DNA of 64,000 nucleotides from an uncultured Vicinamibacteraceae bacterium. GTDB lineage: Bacteria > Acidobacteriota > Vicinamibacteria > Vicinamibacterales > Vicinamibacteraceae. The position numbers and the translations under genes are program-made. Shown here piece after piece: positions 38,008 through 46,853 of this stretch (position 1 is its first letter; each line of letters begins with the position of its first letter). The stretch is taken from assembly GCA_964430855.1 (NCBI GenBank), contig CAYSHC010000002.1, positions 2,376 to 66,375 of the forward strand. Direction: 5' to 3'. The notes under the pieces were generated by a model. That model saw nothing but the letters and a program-made list of their open reading frames with translations, was not told the DNA's origin and did not search any database.

Positions 38008-38373
38008 ATGGCCAGCTTCACGATCCGTATCGGCGCGATCCTCATCGCGGCAGGCGTCGCCGCCTACGTGCTCACCGGCGCCACCAGCGTCACCGCGCTC
38101 ATTCCGTCGGCCATCGGGGCCGGGCTGGCGCTGCTCGGCATCGTGGCGGTCAGGCGTCCCGACGCGCGCCAGCACGCCATGCACGTGGCCATGGTCGTGG
38201 CGCTCATCGGGCTGGCCGGCTCGTTCACCGGCCTGCTGGCGCTGCCCGACATGCTGTCGGGCACCGGCGTGCGCCCATCGGTCGCGCTGCGCGCGGTGAT
38301 GGCCGTGATGCTGCTGGTCTATCTCGGGGTGGGACTCAAGTCGTTCGCGGATGCCCGTCTGCGGCGGCGCTGA
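38008..38373 (+). CDS. small integral membrane protein (4 predicted TM), unknown function
   Basis: GAGGAG Shine-Dalgarno lies just upstream of the ATG. 121 aa of hydrophobic segments. High GC3. Confidence 0.65.
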   Translation: MASFTIRIGAILIAAGVAAYVLTGATSVTALIPSAIGAGLALLGIVAVRRPDARQHAMHVAMVVALIGLAGSFTGLLALPDMLSGTGVRPSVALRAVMAVMLLVYLGVGLKSFADARLRRR

Positions 38374-39607
38374 CGGCCGTGGGCTTCGCCGGGTAGTGCG
38401 ACGCGACGTACGCGTCGACGAGGTCGCGGAAGCCGGCGGCCAGCTCGTCGTAGGTGCCGCGCAGCGTCACCGCATGCTCGCCGTCGATGTAGACGGGGCA
38501 GTTGGGGGCCTCTCCCGTGCCGGGGAGCGAGATGCCGATGTTGGCGGCCTTCGACTCGCCCGGCCCGTTCACCACGCAGCCCATCACCGCCAGCGTCAGC
38601 GTCTCGACGCCCTCGTACTGCTGGCGCCACTCCGGCATGCGCGAGCGGATGTACTCCTGCGTGCGCTCGGCGAGTTCCTGGAACGTCGTGGACGTCGTCC
38701 GGCCGCAGCCCGGGCAGGCGGTGACGCTCGGGCTGAACGACCGGATGCCGAGTGACTGGAGCAACTCGCACGCGGCGTACACCTCCTCGCGGCGGTCGCC
38801 GTTCGGCCGCGGCGTCAGCGACACGCGGATGGTGTCGCCGATGCCCTCGTGCAGCAGCACGCCCATCGCCGCCGACGACCACACGAGCCCCTTGATGCCC
38901 ATGCCGGCCTCGGTGAGGCCGAGGTGCAGCGGCTGCCGCGTGCGCGCCGCGAGCGCCCTGTACACCTCGATGAGGTGCACGGGCCGCGAGACCTTGCACG
39001 AGATGATGATCTGGTCGTGGCGCAGGCCGCACTCGAGCGCGAGGTCCGTCGAGGTGAGCGCCGACTCGACCATGCAGGCGTTGACGATCTCGTCGGACGT
39101 CTTCCCGAGCCCCCTGTCGGTGTTCTCCTGCATCCGCCGCACGACGAGCTCCTGGTTGAGGGAGCCGCCGTTGACACCGATGCGCACCGGCTTGTCGTTG
39201 TCACGGGCGACGCCGCAGATGGTCGCGAACTGCTCGTCGCGGCGGGCGCCCGTGCCGACGTTGCCGGGGTTGATGCGGTACTTGTCGAGCGCGGCCGCAC
39301 AGGCGGGGTAGCGCGTCAGCAGCAGGTGCCCGTTGTAGTGGAAGTCGCCGATGAGCGGGGCCTCGCAGCCGGCATCGCGCAGGCGCTGCTTGATCTCGGG
39401 GACGGCGCGCGCCGCCTCGGGCACATTCACGGTGACGCGCACCATCTCGGAGCCGGCCTCGACGAGCGCCAGGCACTGCGCCACCGTGCGCTCGACGTCG
39501 GCCGTGTCCGTGCTGGTCATCGACTGCACGACGACGGGGGCACCGCCGCCCACCTGGACGTGCCCGACGCGGACGCCGTACGTACGGTGCAACCGGACGG
39601 TCGTCAT
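38336..39607 (-). CDS. ispG: 4-hydroxy-3-methylbut-2-en-1-yl diphosphate synthase (flavodoxin)
   Basis: 423 aa. The segments [33 protein letters not shown] and [12 protein letters not shown] match IspG/GcpE. Confidence 0.95.
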   Translation of the reverse strand: MTTVRLHRTYGVRVGHVQVGGGAPVVVQSMTSTDTADVERTVAQCLALVEAGSEMVRVTVNVPEAARAVPEIKQRLRDAGCEAPLIGDFHYNGHLLLTRYPACAAALDKYRINPGNVGTGARRDEQFATICGVARDNDKPVRIGVNGGSLNQELVVRRMQENTDRGLGKTSDEIVNACMVESALTSTDLALECGLRHDQIIISCKVSRPVHLIEVYRALAARTRQPLHLGLTEAGMGIKGLVWSSAAMGVLLHEGIGDTIRVSLTPRPNGDRREEVYAACELLQSLGIRSFSPSVTACPGCGRTTSTTFQELAERTQEYIRSRMPEWRQQYEGVETLTLAVMGCVVNGPGESKAANIGISLPGTGEAPNCPVYIDGEHAVTLRGTYDELAAGFRDLVDAYVASHYPAKPTAVSAAADGHPRTT

Positions 39608-40038
39608 GACGGCCAGCGCCTCCCGGATGGCGGCGGCAGGGCTTCGCCCGCCGCGTCACCGGCGTGCCCGCCGGCAAGTTCGGCGACGATGGCACGCAGC
39701 GCCTCGCGCTCCTCGGCGCGGACGCCTTCGAGCGCCAGCGCGGTGACATAGCGGGCCCGCGGCTCGCGTCCCGGCACGCCCGCGGTGCGGCAGTACACGA
39801 CGCGCCCCGTGAGCGTCAGCGGCGCGCGCGCCTCCACGACGATCGTGACGTCGCACGCGGTGTCGGGGCGGATGGGCGTGTCGCCTTCCACCAGGAGCCC
39901 GCTCTCGCTGACCTCGCGGAGCGCCATCGACGCATCACCGTCCCCGCGCACCACGCCGGCGCGGCGCGGAGGCACCTCCACCCGCAGGGCACGGCGCCGT
40001 TCGGGCGTCCAGTCGAGCGTGGCGTGCTTCAGGGCCAT
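39604..40038 (-). CDS. PilZ domain protein
   Basis: 144 aa with RRRALR (RxxxR) and EVSESG (D/NxSxxG-like) spaced as in PilZ domains. Its stop overlaps the ispG start (ATGA). Confidence 0.65.
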   Translation of the reverse strand: MALKHATLDWTPERRRALRVEVPPRRAGVVRGDGDASMALREVSESGLLVEGDTPIRPDTACDVTIVVEARAPLTLTGRVVYCRTAGVPGREPRARYVTALALEGVRAEEREALRAIVAELAGGHAGDAAGEALPPPSGRRWPS

Positions 40039-40046
40039 CGGTTCTC

Positions 40047-40646
40047 TCAGCGCGGCGTGTCCTCGAGCCGGGTGCGCGAGCTCCGGTGCAGGTCGAGCAC
40101 GTGCGGCCCAAGCTGCTTGCTCACAAACAGCTTGGCCTCGAGGTTCTCGATCGGGTTCGGCACGTACCGGATCACGTCGAAATGCAGGTTGGCCAGCGTC
40201 GCGCGCATGTCGTAGTGGCGGTTCTTGGTCTTGACGACGATCTCGTCGAAGCCGGCCGCCACGGCCCAGGTCTCCTGCTCCTCGGTCAGCGCGCGGAAGT
40301 GGCCCTGGCCCCGCCAGTCACTGCGGGTGCCGCCGATCCAGCTGTAGAGGATGCGCCGGTTCTCGAACGTCACCACGTCCTCGAGCTGCGCTGCGAGGTC
40401 CGCGAGCCGTGGGTTCGACTCGTTGGCGAACAACTCGTGACACACTTTGTAGGACACAGGGACGAGCGAGCCGGGCTCGTCAGGGAGCGGCGCGACCGCC
40501 ATCACGATCAGGTGCTCGCGATCGCTCAGCCGCTCGATGATCTCGCTGGCCGTCTTGCGCCGCGCGAACTCGCCGAAGAACTCCTCGATGTACTCGATCT
40601 CGAGGGCCCCCTGTTCGAGGCCGTAATGTCGGATCAGATATTCCAC
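40047..40646 (-). CDS. GNAT-family N-acetyltransferase-like protein
   Basis: 199 aa. WIGGTRSDWRGQGHFRALTEEQETWAVAAGFDEIVVKT resembles the GNAT motif A (R/QxxGxG/A) region. Confidence 0.55.
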   Translation of the reverse strand: MEYLIRHYGLEQGALEIEYIEEFFGEFARRKTASEIIERLSDREHLIVMAVAPLPDEPGSLVPVSYKVCHELFANESNPRLADLAAQLEDVVTFENRRILYSWIGGTRSDWRGQGHFRALTEEQETWAVAAGFDEIVVKTKNRHYDMRATLANLHFDVIRYVPNPIENLEAKLFVSKQLGPHVLDLHRSSRTRLEDTPR

Positions 40647-40696
40647 GCGGGACCAGGACTCGCGCCATTCATTATAGTGGCAGAGGTCGGCCGCCC

Positions 40697-40816
40697 ATGA
40701 GCGGCCTGCTGCTGGGCATCATCCTTGCCGTCATCGCCGTCTTCACGGTGATGTGGGCCGTCGGCAAGGTCCTGTGGTGGCTGCGCGTGACCATCCCCCC
40801 ACGACGGAAGAGGTAG
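40697..40816 (+). CDS. candidate 39-aa single-TM small protein (below the ORF-track length cutoff)
   Basis: Translation MSGLLLGIILAVIAVFTVMWAVGKVLWWLRVTIPPRRKR*. High GC3. GAGG lies 10 nt upstream. Located in an otherwise unassigned 200-nt gap. Confidence 0.3.
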   Translation: MSGLLLGIILAVIAVFTVMWAVGKVLWWLRVTIPPRRKR

Positions 40817-40846
40817 GGTCAGGTCTCGAGATCGCGCGCCGTGGGG

Positions 40847-42421
40847 TCAGGTCTCGCGCCCGTCGTCGGCCCCGACGGCGTCGGCGGCGGCGCCCGCGGG
40901 CGCGCCTTCCTGGTCCTGCCGGGCGCCAGACGGCCGCCGCCGGCGGCGACGCCGTTTCCGCGCCGCCGAGCGCGCGTCTCCGTCTTCGCCCGCCGACCCC
41001 GACGCCTCCGGGGTCTCGCCCGGGTCAGCCGCGTCGGCCAGTTCGCCAGTGTTGGCCGGAGCCTCCGCCGCAGCCGCAGCCCGCCCGGACGCCCGTCCGC
41101 GCCGCTGCCGACCCTCTGCCTTCCCGTCGCCATCCAGCTCGGCGTGGCCGTCCTCGAACAGCACGAGGCCGAAGGCCTGCGCGATGTCGTCCATCGCCTG
41201 GCGTTCCTCGGGCGCGACCAGCGTGATGGCCACTCCCGTCGACGCGGCGCGGCCCGTGCGGCCGACGCGATGGACGTACGTCTCGCGGTTGAACGGCACC
41301 TCGTAGTTGATGACCTGCTCGATGCCGTCGATGTCGAGCCCGCGCGCCGCGATGTCGGTGGCGACCAGCACGCGGTAGCTGCCCGAGCGGAAGCCCTCCA
41401 CGGCGCGCAGCCGGTCCTGCTGCGTCCTGTCGGCGTGCAGCGCCGTCGTCCGGATGCCCGACGCCTGGAGATCGCGCGCCAGCCGGTCGGCGCCGCGCTT
41501 GGTGGCCGTGAACACGAGCGTCGGACCGTGCTGACGCCTGAGGTGCCGCACCAGCCACGGCGTCTTCTCGTGACGGCCCAGCAGCTCGGCCTTGTGCGTG
41601 ATTGTCGTCGCGGGCGCGTTGCGCGAGCCGAGCTGGACGAGCTTCGGCGACCGCATGATGTCGAGCGCGTAGCCCATCACCTCTTCCGGCATGGTGGCCG
41701 AGAAGTGCAGCGTCTGCCGCGGCTCGTCGGGGGGCAGCTGCGAAGTGATGAACTTGACGTCGGGCCAGAACCCCATGTCGAGCATGCGGTCCGCCTCGTC
41801 GAGCACGAGCACTTCCAGGCCGTCGAACTTCGCCGCCCCGGTGCGCATGTGATCCATCAGCCGGCCTGGCGTCGCCACGACGATGTCGACGCCCGCCTTG
41901 AGGGCGGCCTCCTGCGGGTCCATGGGCACGCCGCCGAAGACGGCCGCCCCGAGCAGGCCCGTGTGGTAGCCGAACCCCTGGACGTCGTCCTCGATCTGCA
42001 CCGCCAGCTCGCGCGTCGGGGCGAGCACCAGCACGCGCGCCGACCCGCGCCGTTCCTTCGGCTGCTGGAGGAGCCGCTGCATCAAGGGCAGCAGGAACGC
42101 GGCGGTCTTGCCCGTGCCCGTCTCGGCACACGCGACGATGTCGTGGCCCTCGGCCACGAGGTCGAACACCGCGCTCTGGATGGGCGTCGTCGTCTCGAAC
42201 CGCCGGTCCTCGAGCCCCATCCGCAGCCGCTCGTCAACGATGAGGTCGGCGAACCGGCGCGGGGCGGTGTCGGGCTCGACTTGCTCGAAGCGGGCGAGCA
42301 GGGCCGCCGAGCGCGCGGCGGTCTGGGCGGAAGGGGCGGCGGGTGGCGATGGGCGCCGGCCGCCCGAAGCCCGCCCTCCCCGCGGCGACGGACGCCGGCG
42401 TGAACCGGCCTGCACGCTCAC
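40847..42421 (-). CDS. DEAD-box ATP-dependent RNA helicase with an Arg/Gly/Ala-rich C-terminal tail
   Basis: Contains TPIQ (Q motif), AETGTGKTAAF (motif I), VLDEADRMLDMGF (DEAD), SAT and HRVGRTGRA (motif VI). The GTG start overlaps the upstream stop (GTGA). Confidence 0.93.
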   Translation of the reverse strand: MSVQAGSRRRPSPRGGRASGGRRPSPPAAPSAQTAARSAALLARFEQVEPDTAPRRFADLIVDERLRMGLEDRRFETTTPIQSAVFDLVAEGHDIVACAETGTGKTAAFLLPLMQRLLQQPKERRGSARVLVLAPTRELAVQIEDDVQGFGYHTGLLGAAVFGGVPMDPQEAALKAGVDIVVATPGRLMDHMRTGAAKFDGLEVLVLDEADRMLDMGFWPDVKFITSQLPPDEPRQTLHFSATMPEEVMGYALDIMRSPKLVQLGSRNAPATTITHKAELLGRHEKTPWLVRHLRRQHGPTLVFTATKRGADRLARDLQASGIRTTALHADRTQQDRLRAVEGFRSGSYRVLVATDIAARGLDIDGIEQVINYEVPFNRETYVHRVGRTGRAASTGVAITLVAPEERQAMDDIAQAFGLVLFEDGHAELDGDGKAEGRQRRGRASGRAAAAAEAPANTGELADAADPGETPEASGSAGEDGDARSAARKRRRRRRRPSGARQDQEGAPAGAAADAVGADDGRET

Positions 42422-43017
42422 TCCTCGTCGTCCGTCTCGTCGACCTCGGGGAGCGACGACGCCGGGTCGTCGAAGCTCGAGAGGGCGAAGTCGATGTCCT
42501 CTTCGTCCTCGTCGTACAACCGGGTCACGGGACGTTCCTTGATGGGACCGCGCGGCCCCTTCTCGTAGGTCTGCTTGCGGGACGGCTTGGATCGCTGGCG
42601 CCGTCCATCGGGCCCCGTCGGCGGCGGGCCACTCATGGGCTCGCGCGGCGCGAACGGGCGCGACGGGCCGGGCCGCGGACCGCCACCGTAGCCGGCCGAC
42701 GGGCCTCCGCCATAGCTGCCGGCGGGGCGCGAACCGTAGCCGCCGGGCCGCGGGCCGGACGGGCGATCTTCGCGGGCGCGCGCCTCGCTGACGGCGATCG
42801 GCCGCCCCTGGAGCGGCGTGCCGTTGAACCGCTCGATGATCTTCTCGGCGGCCTCGCGCTCGGCGAAGTCCACGAACGCAAAGCCGCGCGGGCGGCCCGT
42901 CTCGCGGTCGACCGGCAGCACGACCTGCAGGGGTTGGGCGATTTCGCTGAACAGGGACCGAAGGTCCGCGTCCGTGGCGGAATAGGGGAGATTGCCGATG
43001 AATAACCGAACGCTCAC
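42418..43017 (-). CDS. RRM-type RNA-binding protein with a long Gly/Pro/Arg-rich tail and an acidic C-terminus
   Basis: GTG at 43017 follows GAGGA. LFIGNLPY (RNP2) and RGFAFVDF (RNP1) are present. The tail ends ...DEDEEDIDFALSSFDD...EVDETDDEE. Confidence 0.85.
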   Translation of the reverse strand: MSVRLFIGNLPYSATDADLRSLFSEIAQPLQVVLPVDRETGRPRGFAFVDFAEREAAEKIIERFNGTPLQGRPIAVSEARAREDRPSGPRPGGYGSRPAGSYGGGPSAGYGGGPRPGPSRPFAPREPMSGPPPTGPDGRRQRSKPSRKQTYEKGPRGPIKERPVTRLYDEDEEDIDFALSSFDDPASSLPEVDETDDEE

Positions 43018-43305
43018 GACGTCCTCACGGGAGTGGCCACGCCTCCTGCCTGGCAGATGGCGCGGCCTGACGCGGCGGGAGCCGACGGGCAACGCCTCGG
43101 GTCTTCAAGAGAGTTGGGGGAGTTGAGTCTCAAGGTGACGAGGCGCGAGGCAGCGACGCTGCCACTGGTAGCCATATGTGACGCTTCGCCTGTCCTCCGC
43201 TACGAGGCCATAGAGTTGCACACTTCTTCCTGAGCCGCAACCGCTACACTTACGTCAGGACACGGCGCGCCCGTCCGCGACGCCGCGCCTGGACACCGAG
43301 ATCCC

Positions 43306-43800
43306 ATGCCCGCAGCCTCCTTCGATCAACTGCCCGACCACGCCCGACTCTGGGTGTTTGCCGCCGAGCGGCCCCTCTCGGCCGACGAGGCCGAACGCCT
43401 CCTGACGGAAGTGGACGAGTTCCTCGACGGCTGGCACGCCCACCAGGTGCCCCTCACGTGCGCCCGCGACTTCCGGTACGGCCAGTTCCTGCTGATCGGC
43501 GCCGACGAGCGGGCAGCCGGCGTGTCGGGATGCTCCATCGACGCGCTCGTCCGGACGATGAAGAGTCTCGGCGCGCAGCTCGGGGTGAGCCTGCTCGACC
43601 ACGGCGCCGTGCACTTCCGCCGAGGCGACGCCATTGTCAGGATGACGCGCGACGCGTTTGCCGAGGCCGTCGCTGCCGGCGAGGTGACGCCCGAGACGAT
43701 CGTCTTCGACAACACGGCGACGACGGTCGGCGCGGTGCGCCGCGGCGACTGGGAGCGGCCCGCCGCCGCGTCGTGGCACGCGACGGCGTTCTTCAACTGA
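43306..43800 (+). CDS. conserved hypothetical protein (164 aa)
   Basis: Clean ORF with high GC3. It has a GCSID motif. I could not assign a family with confidence. Confidence 0.6.
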   Translation: MPAASFDQLPDHARLWVFAAERPLSADEAERLLTEVDEFLDGWHAHQVPLTCARDFRYGQFLLIGADERAAGVSGCSIDALVRTMKSLGAQLGVSLLDHGAVHFRRGDAIVRMTRDAFAEAVAAGEVTPETIVFDNTATTVGAVRRGDWERPAAASWHATAFFN

Positions 43801-43808
43801 ATCGTTCC

Positions 43809-44810
43809 ATGCTGGTGACGTTCTTCAGCGCGCGGCCCTACGACGAGCAGAGCTTCCTCGAGGCCAACCGCGACGGCCGGCACCAGCTGCGATTCCTCAC
43901 GCCGCGGCTCACCAGCGACACCGTGCTGCTCGCGTCGGGCAGCGAGGCCGTCTGTGCCTTCGTCAACGACACGCTCGACAGGCCCGTGCTCGAGCGGCTC
44001 GCCGCGGGCGGCACGCGCATCGTGGCGCTCCGCTGCGCCGGCTTCAACAACGTCGACCTCGCGGCGGCCGCCGACGTGGGCCTGCCGGTCGTGCGCGTCC
44101 CGGCCTACTCGCCGCACGCGGTCGCCGAGCACACCTTCGCGCTGATCCTCGCGCTGAACCGTCGTATCCACCGCGCCTACAACCGTATCCGCGAGGGCAA
44201 CTTCTCGCTCGACAACCTGGTCGGCTTCGACCTGCACGGCAAGACCATCGGCGTGATCGGCACGGGGCTCATCGGACGCGTCGTCGTGGACATCGCGCGT
44301 GGATTCGGCATGCGCGTGGTGGCGTACGACCCGACGCCCGACGCCGGCGTCCTGGCCGCCGGCGGCCGCTACACGGACATGCCGACGCTGCTTGCCGAGA
44401 GCGACGTCGTCACGCTCCACTGCCCGCTGTTGCCGTCCACGTTCCACCTGATCGACGCCGAGGCGCTCGGCCGCATGCGACGGGGCACCGTGCTCATCAA
44501 CACGAGCCGCGGCGCCCTCGTCGACTCGCAGGCCGTCGTGGACGCACTCAAGTCAGGGCACCTCGGCGGCCTCGGCATCGACGTCTACGAAGAAGAGGCG
44601 GGCCTCTTCTTCGAGGACCGCTCCGCGCACGCCATCGCCGACGACGTGTTCGTCCGGCTCGTGTCGTTCCCGAACGTCCTCGTGACCGGGCACCAGGGGT
44701 TCCTGACGCGCGAGGCGCTTGCCGCCATCGCGGCGACGACGCTGGCGAGCCTCGATGCGTTCGAGGCCGGCCGGCCGCTCGAGCACGCCGTGACGCTCCC
44801 TTCCGAGTGA
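43809..44810 (+). CDS. ldhA: D-lactate dehydrogenase (D-isomer-specific 2-hydroxyacid dehydrogenase)
   Basis: Collinear with E. coli LdhA: ALRCAGFNNVDL, VVRVPAYSPHAVAEH, LNRRIHRAYNRIREGNFSL, GVIGTGLIG, NTSRGALVD and DVYEEE. Confidence 0.9.
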   Translation: MLVTFFSARPYDEQSFLEANRDGRHQLRFLTPRLTSDTVLLASGSEAVCAFVNDTLDRPVLERLAAGGTRIVALRCAGFNNVDLAAAADVGLPVVRVPAYSPHAVAEHTFALILALNRRIHRAYNRIREGNFSLDNLVGFDLHGKTIGVIGTGLIGRVVVDIARGFGMRVVAYDPTPDAGVLAAGGRYTDMPTLLAESDVVTLHCPLLPSTFHLIDAEALGRMRRGTVLINTSRGALVDSQAVVDALKSGHLGGLGIDVYEEEAGLFFEDRSAHAIADDVFVRLVSFPNVLVTGHQGFLTREALAAIAATTLASLDAFEAGRPLEHAVTLPSE

Positions 44811-45715
44811 CACCCGCCGCCTCACGCCCGATCGCCGACGACTCGCCGATGCGCTCGGGGCGCCGCATCGCCGCGGTCAGCGTCGGCGTCAACCTCGTGC
44901 TGGCCGTCGCGGCGCTTTGGGCCGGCCTCGCGGGGAGCTCGACGACCGTGCTGTCTGCCGGCGTGGAGTTTGCCGCCGACGTCGCGGCCTCGCTCGTCGT
45001 CATGGCCGGCTTCTGGTACGCCTCCAAGCCCGCCGACGTCAACCACCCCTATGGCCACGGCCGCGCCGAGACGCTCACCGGCCTCGTCGTCGGCCTCGCG
45101 CTGCTGCTGGTCGGTGCGGCGCTCGTCGCGCGCGGGTTCCTCATGATTGGCGAGGGCAGCCACGTCGTGCCCGCGACCTTCACGGTGTGGCCGCTCGTGG
45201 TGTCGCTCGTCGCCAAGAGCGGGCTGATGGCCACCAAGTGGCGGCTGGCGCGCCGGCTCGGCAGCCAGGCGCTCCTTGCGGATGCCTGGAACGACAGCGT
45301 GGACGTGCTCTCGTCGCTCGCGGCGCTCGTCGCGCTCGGCCTGGCGCTCTACGCGCCCGACAGGTTCGCCGCCGCCGACGCCGTGGGCGGCGTCCTCGTC
45401 GGGATCTTCGTGATCACGGCCGGCGTGGGCATCGTGCGCTCCACCTCGCTCGACCTCATCGACACGATGCCGCCGCCGGCGGTGGTGGAGCAGGTCCGCC
45501 AGGCGGCCCTGTCGGTGCCCGGCGTGCGCGGCGTCGAGAAGTGCGTCGGGCGGAAGACGGGCCTCCAGTACCACATGGACCTGCACCTCGAGGTGGACGG
45601 GTGGATCTCGGTGGACGAAGGACACGCGATAGCCGCGCGCACGAGGGAGGCGGTGACGCAGCAGGTACCCGAAGTGACCGACGTCCTCGTGCACGTCGAG
45701 CCGATGCCGTCGTGA
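44807..45715 (+). CDS. cation diffusion facilitator (CDF) family metal efflux transporter
   Basis: Contains HPYGHGRAETL, ADAWNDSVDVLSS and a C-terminal cytoplasmic domain ending ...VLVHVEP. GTG at 44807 overlaps the ldhA stop. An alternative start is ATG at 44846. Confidence 0.88.
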   Translation: MTPAASRPIADDSPMRSGRRIAAVSVGVNLVLAVAALWAGLAGSSTTVLSAGVEFAADVAASLVVMAGFWYASKPADVNHPYGHGRAETLTGLVVGLALLLVGAALVARGFLMIGEGSHVVPATFTVWPLVVSLVAKSGLMATKWRLARRLGSQALLADAWNDSVDVLSSLAALVALGLALYAPDRFAAADAVGGVLVGIFVITAGVGIVRSTSLDLIDTMPPPAVVEQVRQAALSVPGVRGVEKCVGRKTGLQYHMDLHLEVDGWISVDEGHAIAARTREAVTQQVPEVTDVLVHVEPMPS

Positions 45716-45767
45716 GCGGCCACGACGCGTCACTTCCCGCTGACGCGTCTGATGGCCGGCACGAAGC

Positions 45768-46853
45768 TCAGCGTCGCGACGCAGCCGCGGCCAGGGCGTC
45801 GGCGGCAGCGGCGTCGACGCTGCGCCAGCGGCGCACGGCGTAGCCGACGGCATAGCTCGCCGCGTTGAACCCCGTCTCGGTACCGGCGCCGACGCGTTCC
45901 GCCAGCGCGAGGGCCTCCGCCCGTGCCGCCTCGCCCGCGTCGGCGGCGTCGAGCAGGAGGGACACCAGCGACCGTGGCGGCCGTGCCAGCGGCACATCCA
46001 GCGCGGCGCCGAGGAACCCGTGGAGGGCGCGCAGGTAGTCGTCCTCGCGCGCGAGGTTGGGATGAACGTGGCCGCCGGAGAGGGGCACCAGCTGCCGCAG
46101 ACCCGTCGCAGCCGCATGCAGCCGCTCGGCGTGGGCGAACGGCACGACCTCGTCGTCGCGTGCGTGGAGCAGCAGGACGGGGGAGCCGGCGCGGCCGATG
46201 CGGCTGTGCGACGCGAACGGGTGCCGCAGGAGCCATCGCACCGGCAGGTACGGATAGATCTCCGCCGCCACGTCGGCGACGCTCGTGAACGCGCCCTCGA
46301 GGACCAGCGCGGCCTCGTCGACGTCGGCCGCGACCTGCGTCGCCGCGCCCGACCCGAGCGACCACCCGTAGATCGCGATACGCGACGGCGGCACACCGAT
46401 GTCGTCGGTGAGCCAGCGCCACGCCGTCATCGCCGCCGCCACCATGCCAGGCTCGCTCGGCTCGCCCGCTGATTCGCCGAACCCCGGGTACTCGACGGCG
46501 ACGACGTTCAGGCCGAGCAGCGACAGCTGATGGCACCGTGCGACGTTCATCGTCGACGACACGTTGGCGGCGTTGCCGTGAAGGAAGATCACCCAGCCGG
46601 CCTCCCTGGCGGGCCGCGTCCGGTACACCCACAACGGGTGCACGGCGCCCGTGTCGTCGGCGATGCGCAGCCGCTCGGGCACGAGGCCGAGGTCGGCCGG
46701 GACGTCGGACATTGCTCGGACAGGCCTGTAGATCAGGTCGGTCTCGTGCCACTTCAGCCAGCCGAGGATGCCGGCGTACGGCACGACGACACAGATCACC
46801 ACTGCAAGCAGGAGGCTTCTGGCGCGCCGCGGGCGAGGGGCCGGGGCGTTCAC
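45768..46853 (-). CDS. alpha/beta hydrolase with an N-terminal TM anchor and an Ala-rich C-terminal extension
   Basis: The GTG at 46853 overlaps the upstream stop. Contains FLHGNA, the nucleophile elbow GWSLGSG, and a later D and H (ARDDEVVPF, SGGHVH). Confidence 0.8.
   Translation of the reverse strand: MNAPAPRPRRARSLLLAVVICVVVPYAGILGWLKWHETDLIYRPVRAMSDVPADLGLVPERLRIADDTGAVHPLWVYRTRPAREAGWVIFLHGNAANVSSTMNVARCHQLSLLGLNVVAVEYPGFGESAGEPSEPGMVAAAMTAWRWLTDDIGVPPSRIAIYGWSLGSGAATQVAADVDEAALVLEGAFTSVADVAAEIYPYLPVRWLLRHPFASHSRIGRAGSPVLLLHARDDEVVPFAHAERLHAAATGLRQLVPLSGGHVHPNLAREDDYLRALHGFLGAALDVPLARPPRSLVSLLLDAADAGEAARAEALALAERVGAGTETGFNAASYAVGYAVRRWRSVDAAAADALAAAASRR

Noticed and set aside
43033-43233. 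66-aa plus-strand ORF in the rbp leader region
   Set aside because: It has low GC3 relative to real genes here, no Shine-Dalgarno and no motifs. The region is better interpreted as the 5' leader and promoter of the minus-strand RRM-helicase operon.
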